Both the position numbers and the translations under genes were made by a program. Positions 17,960 to 26,981 of a stretch of DNA of 64,000 nucleotides are shown here, in pieces. Each line of letters opens with the position of its first letter. The stretch's first letter is position 1. The DNA is taken from assembly GCA_034421575.1 (NCBI GenBank), contig DAOUKG010000017.1, positions 19,886 to 83,885 on the forward strand, in the 5' to 3' direction. A model generated the notes under the pieces. It saw nothing but the letters and a program-made list of their open reading frames with translations. It was not told the DNA's origin and ran no database searches. This DNA comes from Dehalococcoidia bacterium. GTDB taxonomy: Bacteria > Chloroflexota > Dehalococcoidia > Lucifugimonadales > VXLM01.

Positions 17960-19222
17960 TTAGTCATTGAAGAGGTCCATGCTCGTCTGTCCGCTTGCGG
18001 GCGACTTCCTCGATTTAGTCCGTCGCCGCGTGGCCGGACGAGGTGCGTTCCCGGTCACCTGCGCTTTGAAGTCGCCGTCTGCCACCGTCACTCCGATGAG
18101 GTCGCCATCACCCACTTGAGACGGAGAAGTGACAACCCTGCTTCCACTATGGACGATGGCGTACCCCCGCGACAACGTATCACTGGGACTCAGGGATTCC
18201 AGCTTACCCTTAAGACCGTTCACACGCTCGCCCGCGACCTGCATTGTTCCGCGCAGATGTCCTGCCGTCGTCCGCATCATGTCGTCGATCCGAAGCCGGA
18301 GGGTGTCAAAGTCCGGCAGGCCCCGGTGGAGGCGTGGCCGGAGCGCGTCCAACTCCCAGCGCGCCCCTTCGAGGCGGCCCATGATGATGGAATCCAGCGA
18401 CCTGCGGTGCATCCCGATCTCGGCGAACAGCTCCGCCTGATCGGGCATGACGAGCTCCGCCGCGGCCGACGGCGTCGGCGCTCGAACGTCGGCAACCAGG
18501 TCGGCAATGGAGTAGTCGGTCTCATGGCCGATGGCGCTGACGACCGGCGTCTTGCTCTTGAAGATCGCCCGTGCCACGTCCTCCTCGTTGAACGGCCAGA
18601 GGTCCTCCAGGGAGCCGCCCCCGCGCGCGACGATGACCACGTCGATGTCATCGAGACGTTCCAGCGCGTCGAACGCCGCGACGATCGTGCCGACAGCCTC
18701 CTGGCCCTGCACCAATGCGGGCGCGAGGACAAGCTCCACGGCGGGGTAGCGGCGGGCCGTCACGTTCTGAATGTCGTGCCACACCGAACCCGTGGGCGAC
18801 GTGACGACCCCCACTCGCACGGGGAATCTGGGCAGCGGCCGCTTGCGCGACGGCTCGAACAGGCCCTCTTTTTCCAGCCGTAGCTTCAGCTCTTCCAGCT
18901 TCAGCTGCAGCTCGCCCACGCCCTCGGGCTGCACGATGTCGGCGATGAGTTGAAGATCGCCGCGAGGCTCGTAGAGCGCAATACGACCGTGGGCGATCAC
19001 GGCCCCGCCCTCCTCGATCAGGTCGGCTCCGACTCCGCCGCCCCGAAACATCACGCAGCGCAGCGTTGCGCTCCCATCGCGCAGGCTGAAGTACGAGTGC
19101 CCCGCCGCTGAGCGCGTCAGATTCCCGACCTCGCCCTGCACCCACACGTTCTGCAGGACGGGGTCTTCGCGGAGTATCTCCGTGAGGTACTTCGCCACCT
19201 CTGATACTGAGTAGACGGCCAT
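17960..19222 (-). CDS. xseA: exodeoxyribonuclease VII large subunit
   Basis: The N-terminal OB-fold context is YSVSEVAKYLTEILREDPVLQNVWVQGEVGN..RSAAGHSYFSLRD. The stretch ARGGGSLEDLWPFNEE is conserved in XseA. Confidence 0.9.
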   Translation of the reverse strand: MAVYSVSEVAKYLTEILREDPVLQNVWVQGEVGNLTRSAAGHSYFSLRDGSATLRCVMFRGGGVGADLIEEGGAVIAHGRIALYEPRGDLQLIADIVQPEGVGELQLKLEELKLRLEKEGLFEPSRKRPLPRFPVRVGVVTSPTGSVWHDIQNVTARRYPAVELVLAPALVQGQEAVGTIVAAFDALERLDDIDVVIVARGGGSLEDLWPFNEEDVARAIFKSKTPVVSAIGHETDYSIADLVADVRAPTPSAAAELVMPDQAELFAEIGMHRRSLDSIIMGRLEGARWELDALRPRLHRGLPDFDTLRLRIDDMMRTTAGHLRGTMQVAGERVNGLKGKLESLSPSDTLSRGYAIVHSGSRVVTSPSQVGDGDLIGVTVADGDFKAQVTGNAPRPATRRRTKSRKSPASGQTSMDLFND

Positions 19223-19231
19223 GCAATCGCC

Positions 19232-19360
19232 TTACGTTATGACTGTTCCCAACTCTTTCAACCGCGCTACCAGGTACTCCTGCGGTCGATCTCCCTTGAT
19301 GCTGTTGCAGTGGCCGCAGAGCGGTTCTTTTGCGTTATAGCGTATGTACAACAAGATGCC
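19232..19360 (-). pseudogene. 42-codon remnant ending ...EPLCGHCNSIKGDRPQEYLVARLKELG; suspected C-terminal fragment of the disrupted methyltransferase or HNH-tail protein
   Basis: My own translation of the minus strand. It is in the same frame as the HNH ORF and immediately after its TGA. The CxxCNxxKGDR tail is HNH-like. My recollection that some DNA methyltransferases end this way is unverified. Confidence 0.3.
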
Positions 19361-20446
19361 TCACTCATTCGTATTCGCCATGAGTTCTATCTGCTTGTAG
19401 GACATTCCTGTAAGCCTAAAGCCGCACTCACCGTACTCACACCAGCACTCGGTCGCACCGTTAGAGTAGTTCCCATTTCGAGAATGTGTGTGCTGCCGCC
19501 GCTTCAGTTCGATGATGTCACCTGCATAGGCACCAACAAGCTCTCTCACGTCTTTGAGATCAGCATCATTCCTGATTGCCAAAACAATCTCCCCCACTTC
19601 TTCATCCAATGCGTACCAGCGGCCCCATATATGGTCGTTCAAAGAGGACGCGAAGCCAGAGAGTCCGCCGAAGTTCCCTGCTGTCCAAGTGTCTACAGAA
19701 AAATAACGTCGGCATGGTTTGCATCCCCATACGAATGCATGGTTAAGCTCAACGTCGTAAGTGATAAGTTTGTCCTCTCTACCATACACCTTCTCCTTGA
19801 CCCGATTAACGGCCTCCCCGCACCACGGACAACTGACTGCATCACTGTCGCCCCAAATCAAACTCCCCACGATTGGGGAGAGTACAGCGTTTACCTTGTC
19901 GGTGATCTGGTCTATTCCACGCCGGCGATCCAGATATTCACGAAGTCGGTCATCAGAACCGTTGTAGTTCTTCTTGCGGGCATTACAGGTCTTGCAGGTG
20001 GCTTGAAGGTTAGAGAGGACATTCGTGCCCCCTGCCGAAACGGGAACCCTGTGGTCGATTGCTAGTGGCTCGGCCCGCAGGTCACATCCGCAGTAAACGC
20101 ACCGAAAGTTGTCTCGCTCCAAAACTTCTGACCGCTTTGTTGCTGAGACATACCGCATCTTCCGTCTTCGCTTTTGCTCAGCCTCCCAATCCCGGTCTCT
20201 CTGCTCTGCGTCAGCCTTTCCCTGAGAACCTACCGGATAGCAAGATGGTCTTCGGTAGGAACGGCCTTCCAAAATGTTTCTGATTGTAGCTGTGCTGACA
20301 TCATACTTTGATGCCAATACAGGAACTCTCACATCCATCAGAGGAACGGGGCAGTCGCTATACGACCTACTTCCGTTCAGTGCGAACGCTACCCTAATTT
20401 CAACAACTTCACTATCTTCAAGAATGCGTCCCAATTCTGCCTCCAA
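19361..20446 (-). CDS. HNH endonuclease-domain protein with N-terminal HTH-like and C-terminal Cys-rich regions
   Basis: HNH core RCVYCGCDL....IDHRVPVSAGGTNVLSNLQATCKTCNARK. HTH-like ASKYDVSTATIRNILEG. Zinc-ribbon-like CPWCG...CKPC. GC is visibly lower than in the flanks. Confidence 0.7.
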   Translation of the reverse strand: MEAELGRILEDSEVVEIRVAFALNGSRSYSDCPVPLMDVRVPVLASKYDVSTATIRNILEGRSYRRPSCYPVGSQGKADAEQRDRDWEAEQKRRRKMRYVSATKRSEVLERDNFRCVYCGCDLRAEPLAIDHRVPVSAGGTNVLSNLQATCKTCNARKKNYNGSDDRLREYLDRRRGIDQITDKVNAVLSPIVGSLIWGDSDAVSCPWCGEAVNRVKEKVYGREDKLITYDVELNHAFVWGCKPCRRYFSVDTWTAGNFGGLSGFASSLNDHIWGRWYALDEEVGEIVLAIRNDADLKDVRELVGAYAGDIIELKRRQHTHSRNGNYSNGATECWCEYGECGFRLTGMSYKQIELMANTNE

Positions 20447-20471
20447 ACAAAACCATAGACATTGCTACTCC

Positions 20472-20624
20472 CTATACGCTACAACGCAAAAGAACCCTCG
20501 TAGTCGCGTTGAAGTTGAACGGCGGATCGAGGTAGATCAAGTCCACCGACTCGGAGTTCAGGCCCCGCAGAATGTCAAGGTTCTCGCTCGTCCATATCGT
20601 CCTGTTCACGAAGTTTGCTGGCAT
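20472..20624 (-). pseudogene. N-terminal 50-codon fragment of an N4/N6 DNA methyltransferase
   Basis: MPANFVNRTIWTSENLDILRGLNSESVDLIYLDPPFNFNA..., where the DPPF motif follows the SAM-pocket loop. The fragment terminates about 10 codons later. Full-length enzymes are more than 250 aa. Confidence 0.65.
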
Positions 20625-20709
20625 GTGGGTATGATACTTAGAATGCGAACGGATGTCTAGGAACGGTACTCCATATTGGCGTCGCCCGTCCTCGACGCGC
20701 CGGATAAGA

Positions 20710-20717
20710 TGTATAAT
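20710..20717 (+). promoter_or_regulatory. candidate -10 box (TGTATAAT) upstream of the DUF104-like antitoxin
   Basis: tgtataat lies 35 nt upstream of ATG 20752. No clear -35 is present. Confidence 0.25.
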
Positions 20718-20751
20718 GGTTCCAGAGCTACATTCGCTAAGAGCGCGAACC

Positions 20752-21024
20752 ATGATAACCAACGTAAAGGCCACATACGCCAACGGCGCGCTTGTGCCGT
20801 TGCGGCCGCTCGACCTGGAAGAGGGCGCGGAAGTGACGGTGTCTGTGGAGGATGGCGCGCCCGTGAAAGATGCGCCCCCGGCCAAGCGGGGCTTGGCTGC
20901 AATCGTCGAGAGGGTCAAGGAAGCCCAGAAGTCCATGCCCCCGGATGCGTGGGATGACCTGCCAACCGATGGCGCTGAGAACTACAAGCACTACCTCTAC
21001 GGCTTCCCGAAGGAAAAGGATTGA
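20752..21024 (+). CDS. DUF104/AF2212-like antitoxin
   Basis: MITNVKATYANGALVPLRPLDLEEGAEVTVSVED matches the classic DUF104 N-terminus (xIEAxYENGVLKPLExLDLxEG). It overlaps the PIN gene by 4 nt. The ORF track starts it further upstream, at 20653. Confidence 0.7.
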   Translation: MITNVKATYANGALVPLRPLDLEEGAEVTVSVEDGAPVKDAPPAKRGLAAIVERVKEAQKSMPPDAWDDLPTDGAENYKHYLYGFPKEKD

Positions 21025-21449
21025 ACCGAACCCTTTTCGCAGACTCGGGCTACTGGATTGCGTTGTGGAACCCCGAAGATGCGCTGCACGATAGGGCGAT
21101 AACCCTTACAGAGGCTCTAAGGTCGTCCGCAGTCGTTACCACCCGGCTGGTCTTGATTGAGACTCTAAACTTCATGGCAGGGATGGGCCTCGCTCGGCGT
21201 AGGTACGCAGTCCGCATGGCGCAAGACTTGGAGGACGATCCCGACGTTGAGATAGTGCCACTGTCGGACGCTCAATTCAGAGCCGCGCTTGAGAGGTACG
21301 CCGCCCGACCTGACCAGCGATGGAGCGTCACCGACTGCGCCTGCTTCCTTGTCATGGAAGAGCGCGGCATGACCGATGCGCTTGCCCACGACCGCGATTT
21401 CGAGCAGGCCGGCTTCGCGCCCCTGCTCAGGAATAATCACCCGCGATAG
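21021..21449 (+). CDS. vapC: PIN-domain toxin (VapC family)
   Basis: 142 aa. It has the N-terminal LFADSGYWIAL motif and the distal ALAHDRDFEQAGF motif. It is coupled to the upstream antitoxin. Confidence 0.85.
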   Translation: MNRTLFADSGYWIALWNPEDALHDRAITLTEALRSSAVVTTRLVLIETLNFMAGMGLARRRYAVRMAQDLEDDPDVEIVPLSDAQFRAALERYAARPDQRWSVTDCACFLVMEERGMTDALAHDRDFEQAGFAPLLRNNHPR

Positions 21450-21587
21450 CGCACCCCGCCCCACAACGTCATTCCCGCGAAGGCGGGAATCTAAGCCCCT
21501 CTCTCGTTCGCAGGAGAGGACTGGAGCTTGCCCCGCACTTGATACGGGGGTGAGGGTAGGAGAGCGGAATTGCAGGCCGGAACGAGG

Positions 21588-22151
21588 TTACACACGCCCT
21601 GCGTATTCGCCCGTGCGGGTGTCGACCCTGATCGTCTCCCCAACGTCGATGAAGAGCGGCACCTGGACGACGAGGCCCGTCTGCACCGTGGCGGGCTTGC
21701 TGCCGCCGGTGGCCGTGTCGCCCTTGAACCCCGGATCCGTTTCGACTACCTCAAGGTCAACGTTGAGCGGTATCTCGATGCTGATCGGCTCGTCCTGGAA
21801 GAGCACCAAGTCGACGGTCGTCTGCTCGATGAGGTACGGAAGAGAGTCCGAGATCTGGTCGCCGTTCAGGGGGAACTGCTCGTAGGTCTCGTTGTCCATG
21901 AAATAGTACAGTTCGCCGTCCTGGTAGATGTACTCCGCCTTGCGGCGCTCCACGTCGGCAACGGTGAACTTCACGTCGAAGCCGTTGAAGGTACGGTCCA
22001 CGATGCGGCCCGTCCGGAGGGAGCGAAACCTGATCCGCATCACGGGAGCGCGCTGCTGCATCTTCGTCCGCTCATAATCGACGACGGCGTATGGCTCGCC
22101 GTCAAGCGAGATCGGCATTCCCTTCTTCAACTCGCCGTAGTTCAGCGTCAT
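21588..22151 (-). CDS. efp: elongation factor P
   Basis: 187 aa. The N-terminus reads MTLNYGELKKGMPISLDGEPYAVVDYERTKMQQRAPVMRIRFRSLRTG. The C-terminus KPATVQTGLVVQVPLFI is the EF-P signature. Confidence 0.95.
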   Translation of the reverse strand: MTLNYGELKKGMPISLDGEPYAVVDYERTKMQQRAPVMRIRFRSLRTGRIVDRTFNGFDVKFTVADVERRKAEYIYQDGELYYFMDNETYEQFPLNGDQISDSLPYLIEQTTVDLVLFQDEPISIEIPLNVDLEVVETDPGFKGDTATGGSKPATVQTGLVVQVPLFIDVGETIRVDTRTGEYAGRV

Positions 22152-22160
22152 TCAGTTCTC

Positions 22161-22598
22161 CTACTTCCGCTCGACGGTCTCGACAAGATAGTCAAGGGCA
22201 TAGAGGTATCCGCGCCATCCCAGGCCTGCGATCTGGCCCTTCGCAAGCGACGCCATGACCGAGTGATGCCGGAATTCCTCGCGCGCGTGGATATTGGACA
22301 GGTGCACCTCGACGAACGGGAGCCCGGTGTCCGCGATGGCGTCGCGCAGGGAGATGCCGTAGTGCGTCAGGGCTCCGGCGTTGATCACGAGGCCCGCGGC
22401 ATCTGACGCCGCGCCCTGCAGGAAGTCGACGATTTCGCCCTCGTGGTTCGACTGGAAGAAATCGACCTCGACGCCGAGCGATTCCGCGCGCTCGCTGATG
22501 CGAGTCTCGATGTCGGCAAGCGTGTCGCTCCCGTACTGGGAGGGATCGCGCATACCAAGCCTGTTCAGATTCGGGCCGTTGACGATGAGGATTCTCAT
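22161..22598 (-). CDS. aroQ: type II 3-dehydroquinate dehydratase
   Basis: MRILIVNGPNLNRLGMRDPSQYG...FFQSNHEGEIVD...VEVHLSNIHAREEFRH. I chose the start at MRILIV. The ORF is open to 22631. Confidence 0.9.
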   Translation of the reverse strand: MRILIVNGPNLNRLGMRDPSQYGSDTLADIETRISERAESLGVEVDFFQSNHEGEIVDFLQGAASDAAGLVINAGALTHYGISLRDAIADTGLPFVEVHLSNIHAREEFRHHSVMASLAKGQIAGLGWRGYLYALDYLVETVERK

Positions 22599-22756
22599 GG
22601 CACTCACACTCAGGTAGTCCGGCACGGACATTGTAATGAGAATCGCACTCCGTCTTCAACGGATTCGGGGAGTATCACAACCACGCGGCAAGGGGACTGT
22701 CCCGGAGGACATTCCCCGCTTGAGGCCATATCCTCCCGATATTCACAATACTTCAC

Positions 22757-22885
22757 GTAACTGTTCAGGCTTCGCGAGAGCGCTCAATGCACGCATCCAC
22801 CGTCATACCGTCACCCCGTACTACGATACGGGGCGGGCATCCATAGGCGCGGTGGGTGTTCACCCCATGAACCCTGAACACTCAC
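22757..22885 (+). mobile_element. MITE-like element, family Y, copy 4
   Basis: It runs gtaactgttcaggcttcgcgagag ... aaccctgaacactcac. No target duplication is seen. Confidence 0.55.
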
Positions 22886-22983
22886 TAATTCATAAGTTCT
22901 ATAGATTTCCCTTCATTTTAGTGATACATTTCCGTCCCGCGATGTCTTGAAGACTCTGACCGTAGTCGGGAGACTCAACGCGG

Positions 22984-25476
22984 ATGAGACGACTGGCCGA
23001 CTGGCGCACGATCGTTTGCGCAGCCACAGTAGCTTCAGTTTATGCATCCGGCTCAGTTGCACTCTCACACTCTTCCGCATCAGGCGTTGGAACGGGTGGC
23101 GGCGCGTCTCAGACATCGGGTCCCGCGATGCCGTCCGGCAACTTGGGGGTCTCCCCCACGCCGAAGGTCGGCGCAGAGTCTCTGGCGACGTCCGTTTCCC
23201 TGCCTGCCGGAAACTTCGGACTTACTCTCCCGCCCTCGTCCGGTCCCACTCCGACGCCGTCTCCACTCATCGGGCAGTTGTCTGTGGATGACCTGTGGCC
23301 GGACGCCAAGACAACTCCCACGCCGACACCCACGAGGAAGCCAACCCGGACGCCGATACCCACGAACACCCCAACGCCAATCTTCTTCCTGCCGACAGGC
23401 CCAAAGATCACCTCGACCCCCACGCCTACGAGAAAGCCTACCCGGACACCGGTCCCCACCAAGACTCCGAAGCCTACACCGACCTATGCGCCGCGCCCCA
23501 CGCCAAGACCCACCAACACTTCGACGCCTACACCGACCTATGCGCCGCGCCCCACGTCAAGCCCCACCGGCACACCAACGCCAACCCTCACTCCGACCCC
23601 AACCATCCTGCCGACACAGACTCCCTCACCGACGAATACTCCTCTTCCGGAGAGGCCGTCGCTCACTCTCCCCAAAGCGATACCGGCAGTGCAGGGACAG
23701 ACCGTTGCCGTGCCCATAACCTTCGACGCCGACGGCGCGACTGTGTCGGACATAACCTTCTCCGTGGACTACGACGAATCGTGTTTGGAGTTCGACGATA
23801 CGGGTCCCGGTCCAGGAGACATCCCATACTCAGTCACGTTTCCAGAACGGTTGGCACAGTTTAGAGAGAAGTTGGTCAACCACAACCCGGAAGACGCGGA
23901 CGGGGAGATCGACACCGTCATCAAGGACAATGTTGCCCCGTTTGCCGCGATGCCGGACGGAGTGATTATGAAGATCACTTTCACCGTCACCGCGGGCGCA
24001 TCATGTAGCCAAGCGGAAGCAGGAGTGCGATTTTCATCCGACCCTCCGGCGATGTACGGAAATGACAAGGGAGTCCCTCTGGATGGCACGACGGAAGACG
24101 GCTCGATACGGATCTCGACGCCCACTCCCACACCCACATCCACTGCGACCGCCACGCCCACATTCACACCTACTCCTACGCATACTCCGACCGCCACGCC
24201 GGTACCGGCCAACCCGTCGCTCAGCATCCCCGAATCGATACCCGCAATACCCGGGCAGACGGTCGTCGTGCCAATCACGTTCGATTCGGACGGCGCGGAG
24301 ATCTCCGGCGTGACCTTCTCGCTGCAATACGATCGGTCCTGCCTGAGTTTCGATCCGACTGACGACAACTTGGACGGACTCCCGGACTCCGCAAGCCTGC
24401 ACCTTCCGGCAGCGTTCCAAAGGTTGCTTGTGGCTGAAGCGCCTGAGGACTCCGACAGGGAGATCGACGTCGTCCTCACCGACCTCGTGTTTCCGTTCGA
24501 GGCCATGCCCGACGGCCTGATCGCAAGCATCGAATTGAACGTCGATGACGGTCCGGCATGTTGGGGAGAGACCATAGTTGTGGGGTTTTGGGCAGACACT
24601 CCTCCTACCTACTTCGTCACCAGCGGGGAGGAGGTGACAGGCATGACGCACGGCGGTTCCGTCACGATCTCGAATCCTCCGCCTACCGCGACTCACACGG
24701 CCACGCCGACTCACACGGCCACGCCGACTCACACGCCCACGTTCACGCCTACGCCGACTCCTACCTTCACTCCTACTCCTACAGCCACGCCTACGCCGAC
24801 TTTCACGCCCACCTTCACGCCTACGTCGACTCCCACTCACACGGCTACACCAACTCCGACATTTACGCCCACGCCTACTGCAACAGCCACTTTCACTCCT
24901 ACACCTACCGCCACCTCCACGAACACACCGACGCCCACGCCTACTCCGACGGCCACCGCGACTCCAACGTTTACGCCCACGCCTACCGCGACGGCCACCT
25001 TCACCCCCACACCTACGTCCACACAGATGCCGGTCATGGACGGTCCGTCGCTCACCATTCCAGGTGAGATCCCAGGCACACCGGGGCAGACCGTGATCGT
25101 CCCCATCTCATTCGACGCCGACGACAATGCCATCTCCGTGCTGACGTTCTCAATCGACTTCGACCAGGCGTGTCTGAGCTTTGATTCATCAACGGGAGTC
25201 GCATTCAAGGTGCCTACGTCCTTCTTGACGCAGGCGATGTACAACTCAGGCGATACCGACGGGGAGATCGACTTTACCGTGTATGGTCTGAGGGCCACTC
25301 TGCCCGACGGCGCGATTGTGGAGATCACGTTCACAGCGAGCTCCGAACAGGGCTGCCGGGGAGCGACGGCGGACGTGGGCTTTTCCGACAGCCCAAGCGC
25401 CACATTCGGGGACGATCGATTCAGGCCAGTGCAGGGCTGGACGCAGGACGGCTCCGTCAAGATCACCGACGGCTAG
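22984..25476 (+). CDS. secreted protein with three cohesin-like domains separated by Pro/Thr-rich linkers
   Basis: It has a signal-like N-terminus. There are three ~145-aa repeats (nt 23656-24117, 24214-24672, 25045-25473). Each opens PSL[TS][IL]P..IP..PGQTV.VPI[TS]FD[AS]D...[IV]...TFS[VLI].[YF]D..CL.FD and ends DGS[IV].I[ST]. Confidence 0.6.
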   Translation: MRRLADWRTIVCAATVASVYASGSVALSHSSASGVGTGGGASQTSGPAMPSGNLGVSPTPKVGAESLATSVSLPAGNFGLTLPPSSGPTPTPSPLIGQLSVDDLWPDAKTTPTPTPTRKPTRTPIPTNTPTPIFFLPTGPKITSTPTPTRKPTRTPVPTKTPKPTPTYAPRPTPRPTNTSTPTPTYAPRPTSSPTGTPTPTLTPTPTILPTQTPSPTNTPLPERPSLTLPKAIPAVQGQTVAVPITFDADGATVSDITFSVDYDESCLEFDDTGPGPGDIPYSVTFPERLAQFREKLVNHNPEDADGEIDTVIKDNVAPFAAMPDGVIMKITFTVTAGASCSQAEAGVRFSSDPPAMYGNDKGVPLDGTTEDGSIRISTPTPTPTSTATATPTFTPTPTHTPTATPVPANPSLSIPESIPAIPGQTVVVPITFDSDGAEISGVTFSLQYDRSCLSFDPTDDNLDGLPDSASLHLPAAFQRLLVAEAPEDSDREIDVVLTDLVFPFEAMPDGLIASIELNVDDGPACWGETIVVGFWADTPPTYFVTSGEEVTGMTHGGSVTISNPPPTATHTATPTHTATPTHTPTFTPTPTPTFTPTPTATPTPTFTPTFTPTSTPTHTATPTPTFTPTPTATATFTPTPTATSTNTPTPTPTPTATATPTFTPTPTATATFTPTPTSTQMPVMDGPSLTIPGEIPGTPGQTVIVPISFDADDNAISVLTFSIDFDQACLSFDSSTGVAFKVPTSFLTQAMYNSGDTDGEIDFTVYGLRATLPDGAIVEITFTASSEQGCRGATADVGFSDSPSATFGDDRFRPVQGWTQDGSVKITDG
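23236..23655 (+). repeat. in-frame Pro/Thr/Lys/Arg-rich linker with internal duplications
   Basis: It encodes [12 protein letters not shown][IV]PT.TP.P twice and TPTYAPRPT twice. This is a coding low-complexity tandem repeat. Confidence 0.8.
24673..25023 (+). repeat. in-frame (P-T-x-T) microsatellite-like linker
   Basis: It encodes ~117 aa of [33 protein letters not shown].... The ac[gc]cc[cgt]ac nucleotide periodicity is visible. Confidence 0.8.
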
Positions 25477-25500
25477 CCCCCCGGTGCGGCAGACCTGCCA

Positions 25501-25614
25501 GTAACTGTCCAGAGTCGGTGAGACCGCTCGACACACACAGCCCACCGTCATACCCGCGAAAGCGGGTATCCATAGGGCTGGGAGATGTTCACCCCACGAA
25601 TTCTGAACACGCAC
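25501..25614 (+). mobile_element. MITE-like element, family Y, copy 5 with a perfect 8-bp target-site duplication
   Basis: It runs gtaactgtccagagtcggtgagac ... ttctgaacacgcac. The flanking acctgcca lies at 25493-25500 and 25615-25622. Confidence 0.8.
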
Positions 25615-25694
25615 ACCTGCCATTCCCAATTTGACAACACAGAACAAATAATCTATTCTCTGTTGAGAACCCGACATGAAGGACCGACGCCCGC

Positions 25695-26276
25695 ATGGAC
25701 ATAAACGAGATGAAAGCCCTCGGCTTCAACGACGAATACGACGTAGAAGCGACGGAACGAGCCCTCGGCATTCGCTTCGGCGATTTCACACCCGAAGACC
25801 GCGGAACATGGAGATTGCAGAGCCTCTGCCTCAAGCAGTACGCCCTCACGCCGAGCTACGAACGAGCGGCCCGGAGGGCGGGAGTCACCGTCGGCGACGT
25901 GAAGGCGTGGGAGCGGTTCAACGTTCTCGGCTTCGTCAAGAGAAAGGAGGTCGCCGAGCTGCAGTTCTCCGAGACGATTGAGGAAATCCTCCAAGAAATG
26001 GCCCTGAGGCCGGACTCCCATCCGTCACTCCTGTTGGCCCTCTTACGCAAGCGCATTCCGGAAAAGTACGGTCACATCAAGGTACGGCGCATGACCGAAA
26101 CAACATGGTCGACGGTCCTGAGGCAGTTGGCCGAGATGCATGGCCGCATCGTGCAGGAACGGGAACGCCTCCTCGACGAAGAGGAGCGACTCGTCAAGTC
26201 CGAGATGGAGGTCCGGGAGGTGGAGCGGGTGTCTTACCGGCAGTTGGACGACTCCGACAGGACAAGGAACAACTAG
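25695..26276 (+). CDS. hypothetical protein with an HTH-like segment (weak resemblance to phage small-terminase-type HTH proteins)
   Basis: 193-aa ORF. It has an HTH-like stretch TPSYERAARRAGVTVGDVKAWER, then LLLALLRKRIPEKYG and a coiled-coil acidic tail. The family assignment is from memory only. Confidence 0.45.
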   Translation: MDINEMKALGFNDEYDVEATERALGIRFGDFTPEDRGTWRLQSLCLKQYALTPSYERAARRAGVTVGDVKAWERFNVLGFVKRKEVAELQFSETIEEILQEMALRPDSHPSLLLALLRKRIPEKYGHIKVRRMTETTWSTVLRQLAEMHGRIVQERERLLDEEERLVKSEMEVREVERVSYRQLDDSDRTRNN

Positions 26277-26316
26277 CCGGGAACGTGGAGCGTGTATACC
26301 GAGATCAACTGAAGGG

Positions 26317-26694
26317 ATGGTGGTTCGACACATGGATGACAGCAGTGGCCCGAATATGAGCTTCAATGCGTTTCTTAAAGATCTCATGGAGGACGAAGAG
26401 GAGACCCCCGGTTGGGCAATGCCCATCTTGGCGCAAATCGCCGACCAGGATGCTCGGACCTATGACCTCTATCTTCTCAGGGCAACAGTGAGATTGGTCA
26501 AGAAGATCATGGCGGAGACAGGGCCGGAAGACATCGAACTATGGGCTAGGGATGATGAACAACTGCCCGATTGGGCGCGGGTTGCCCTGCGCAGGTTCTT
26601 GAGTGAGGGGCGGGGATTTGGGAACCGTCGTCTGATCGCTGAGTGCGACACTCTGATCAACCTCATATCGGTGCGACTGGGGTTCGATGATTGA
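26317..26694 (+). CDS. hypothetical protein
   Basis: The ORF is open from 26140. I chose ATG 26317 because it just clears the upstream gene. I recognise no motif, and the start is uncertain. Confidence 0.4.
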   Translation: MVVRHMDDSSGPNMSFNAFLKDLMEDEEETPGWAMPILAQIADQDARTYDLYLLRATVRLVKKIMAETGPEDIELWARDDEQLPDWARVALRRFLSEGRGFGNRRLIAECDTLINLISVRLGFDD

Positions 26695-26784
26695 GCGTTC
26701 CGACGGAAGTGGAGTGGCGCCAAATGACCCACGCCCAAAGAGCAATAGGCCCCCTTCCCTCCGATCTAGACCCTACGTAATTGA

Positions 26785-26887
26785 GCAACTGTTCAGATTT
26801 CGTGAGAGCTCTTCATGCACACAGTCGCCGTCATACCCGCGAAAGCGGGTATCCACAGGGGTGGGGGTATTCGTCTCATCACACTCA
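26785..26887 (+). mobile_element. MITE-like element, family Y, copy 6 (degenerate right end)
   Basis: It runs gcaactgttcagatttcgtgagagc ... ctcatcacactcac. The interior is homologous to copies 4 and 5. Confidence 0.5.
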
Positions 26888-26892
26888 CTTGG

Positions 26893-26960
26893 TATAACAA
26901 GCCAGATGTCACAAAATGTCACACCATGCCACAAATTTCGAGTTTTTCCGTGGCTATCGT
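26893..26960 (+). repeat. phased-heptamer element, copy B (ATGTCAC, ATGTCAC, ATGCCAC at 10-bp spacing)
   Basis: The heptamers start at 26906, 26916 and 26926. The flanks are tataacaagcc... and ...aaatttcgagtttttccgtggctatcgt. Confidence 0.7.
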
Positions 26961-26981
26961 TCGGTCCCCAACCGTACACAC

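Noticed and set aside
19310-20065. 251-aa plus-strand ORF opposite the HNH gene
   Set aside because: It has no motifs, while the minus-strand ORF carries a clear HNH core.
24673-25023. Nucleotide microsatellite or CRISPR-like periodicity
   Set aside because: It is in-frame within the cohesin-like ORF and encodes a Pro/Thr linker. It is coding low-complexity sequence, not an independent array.
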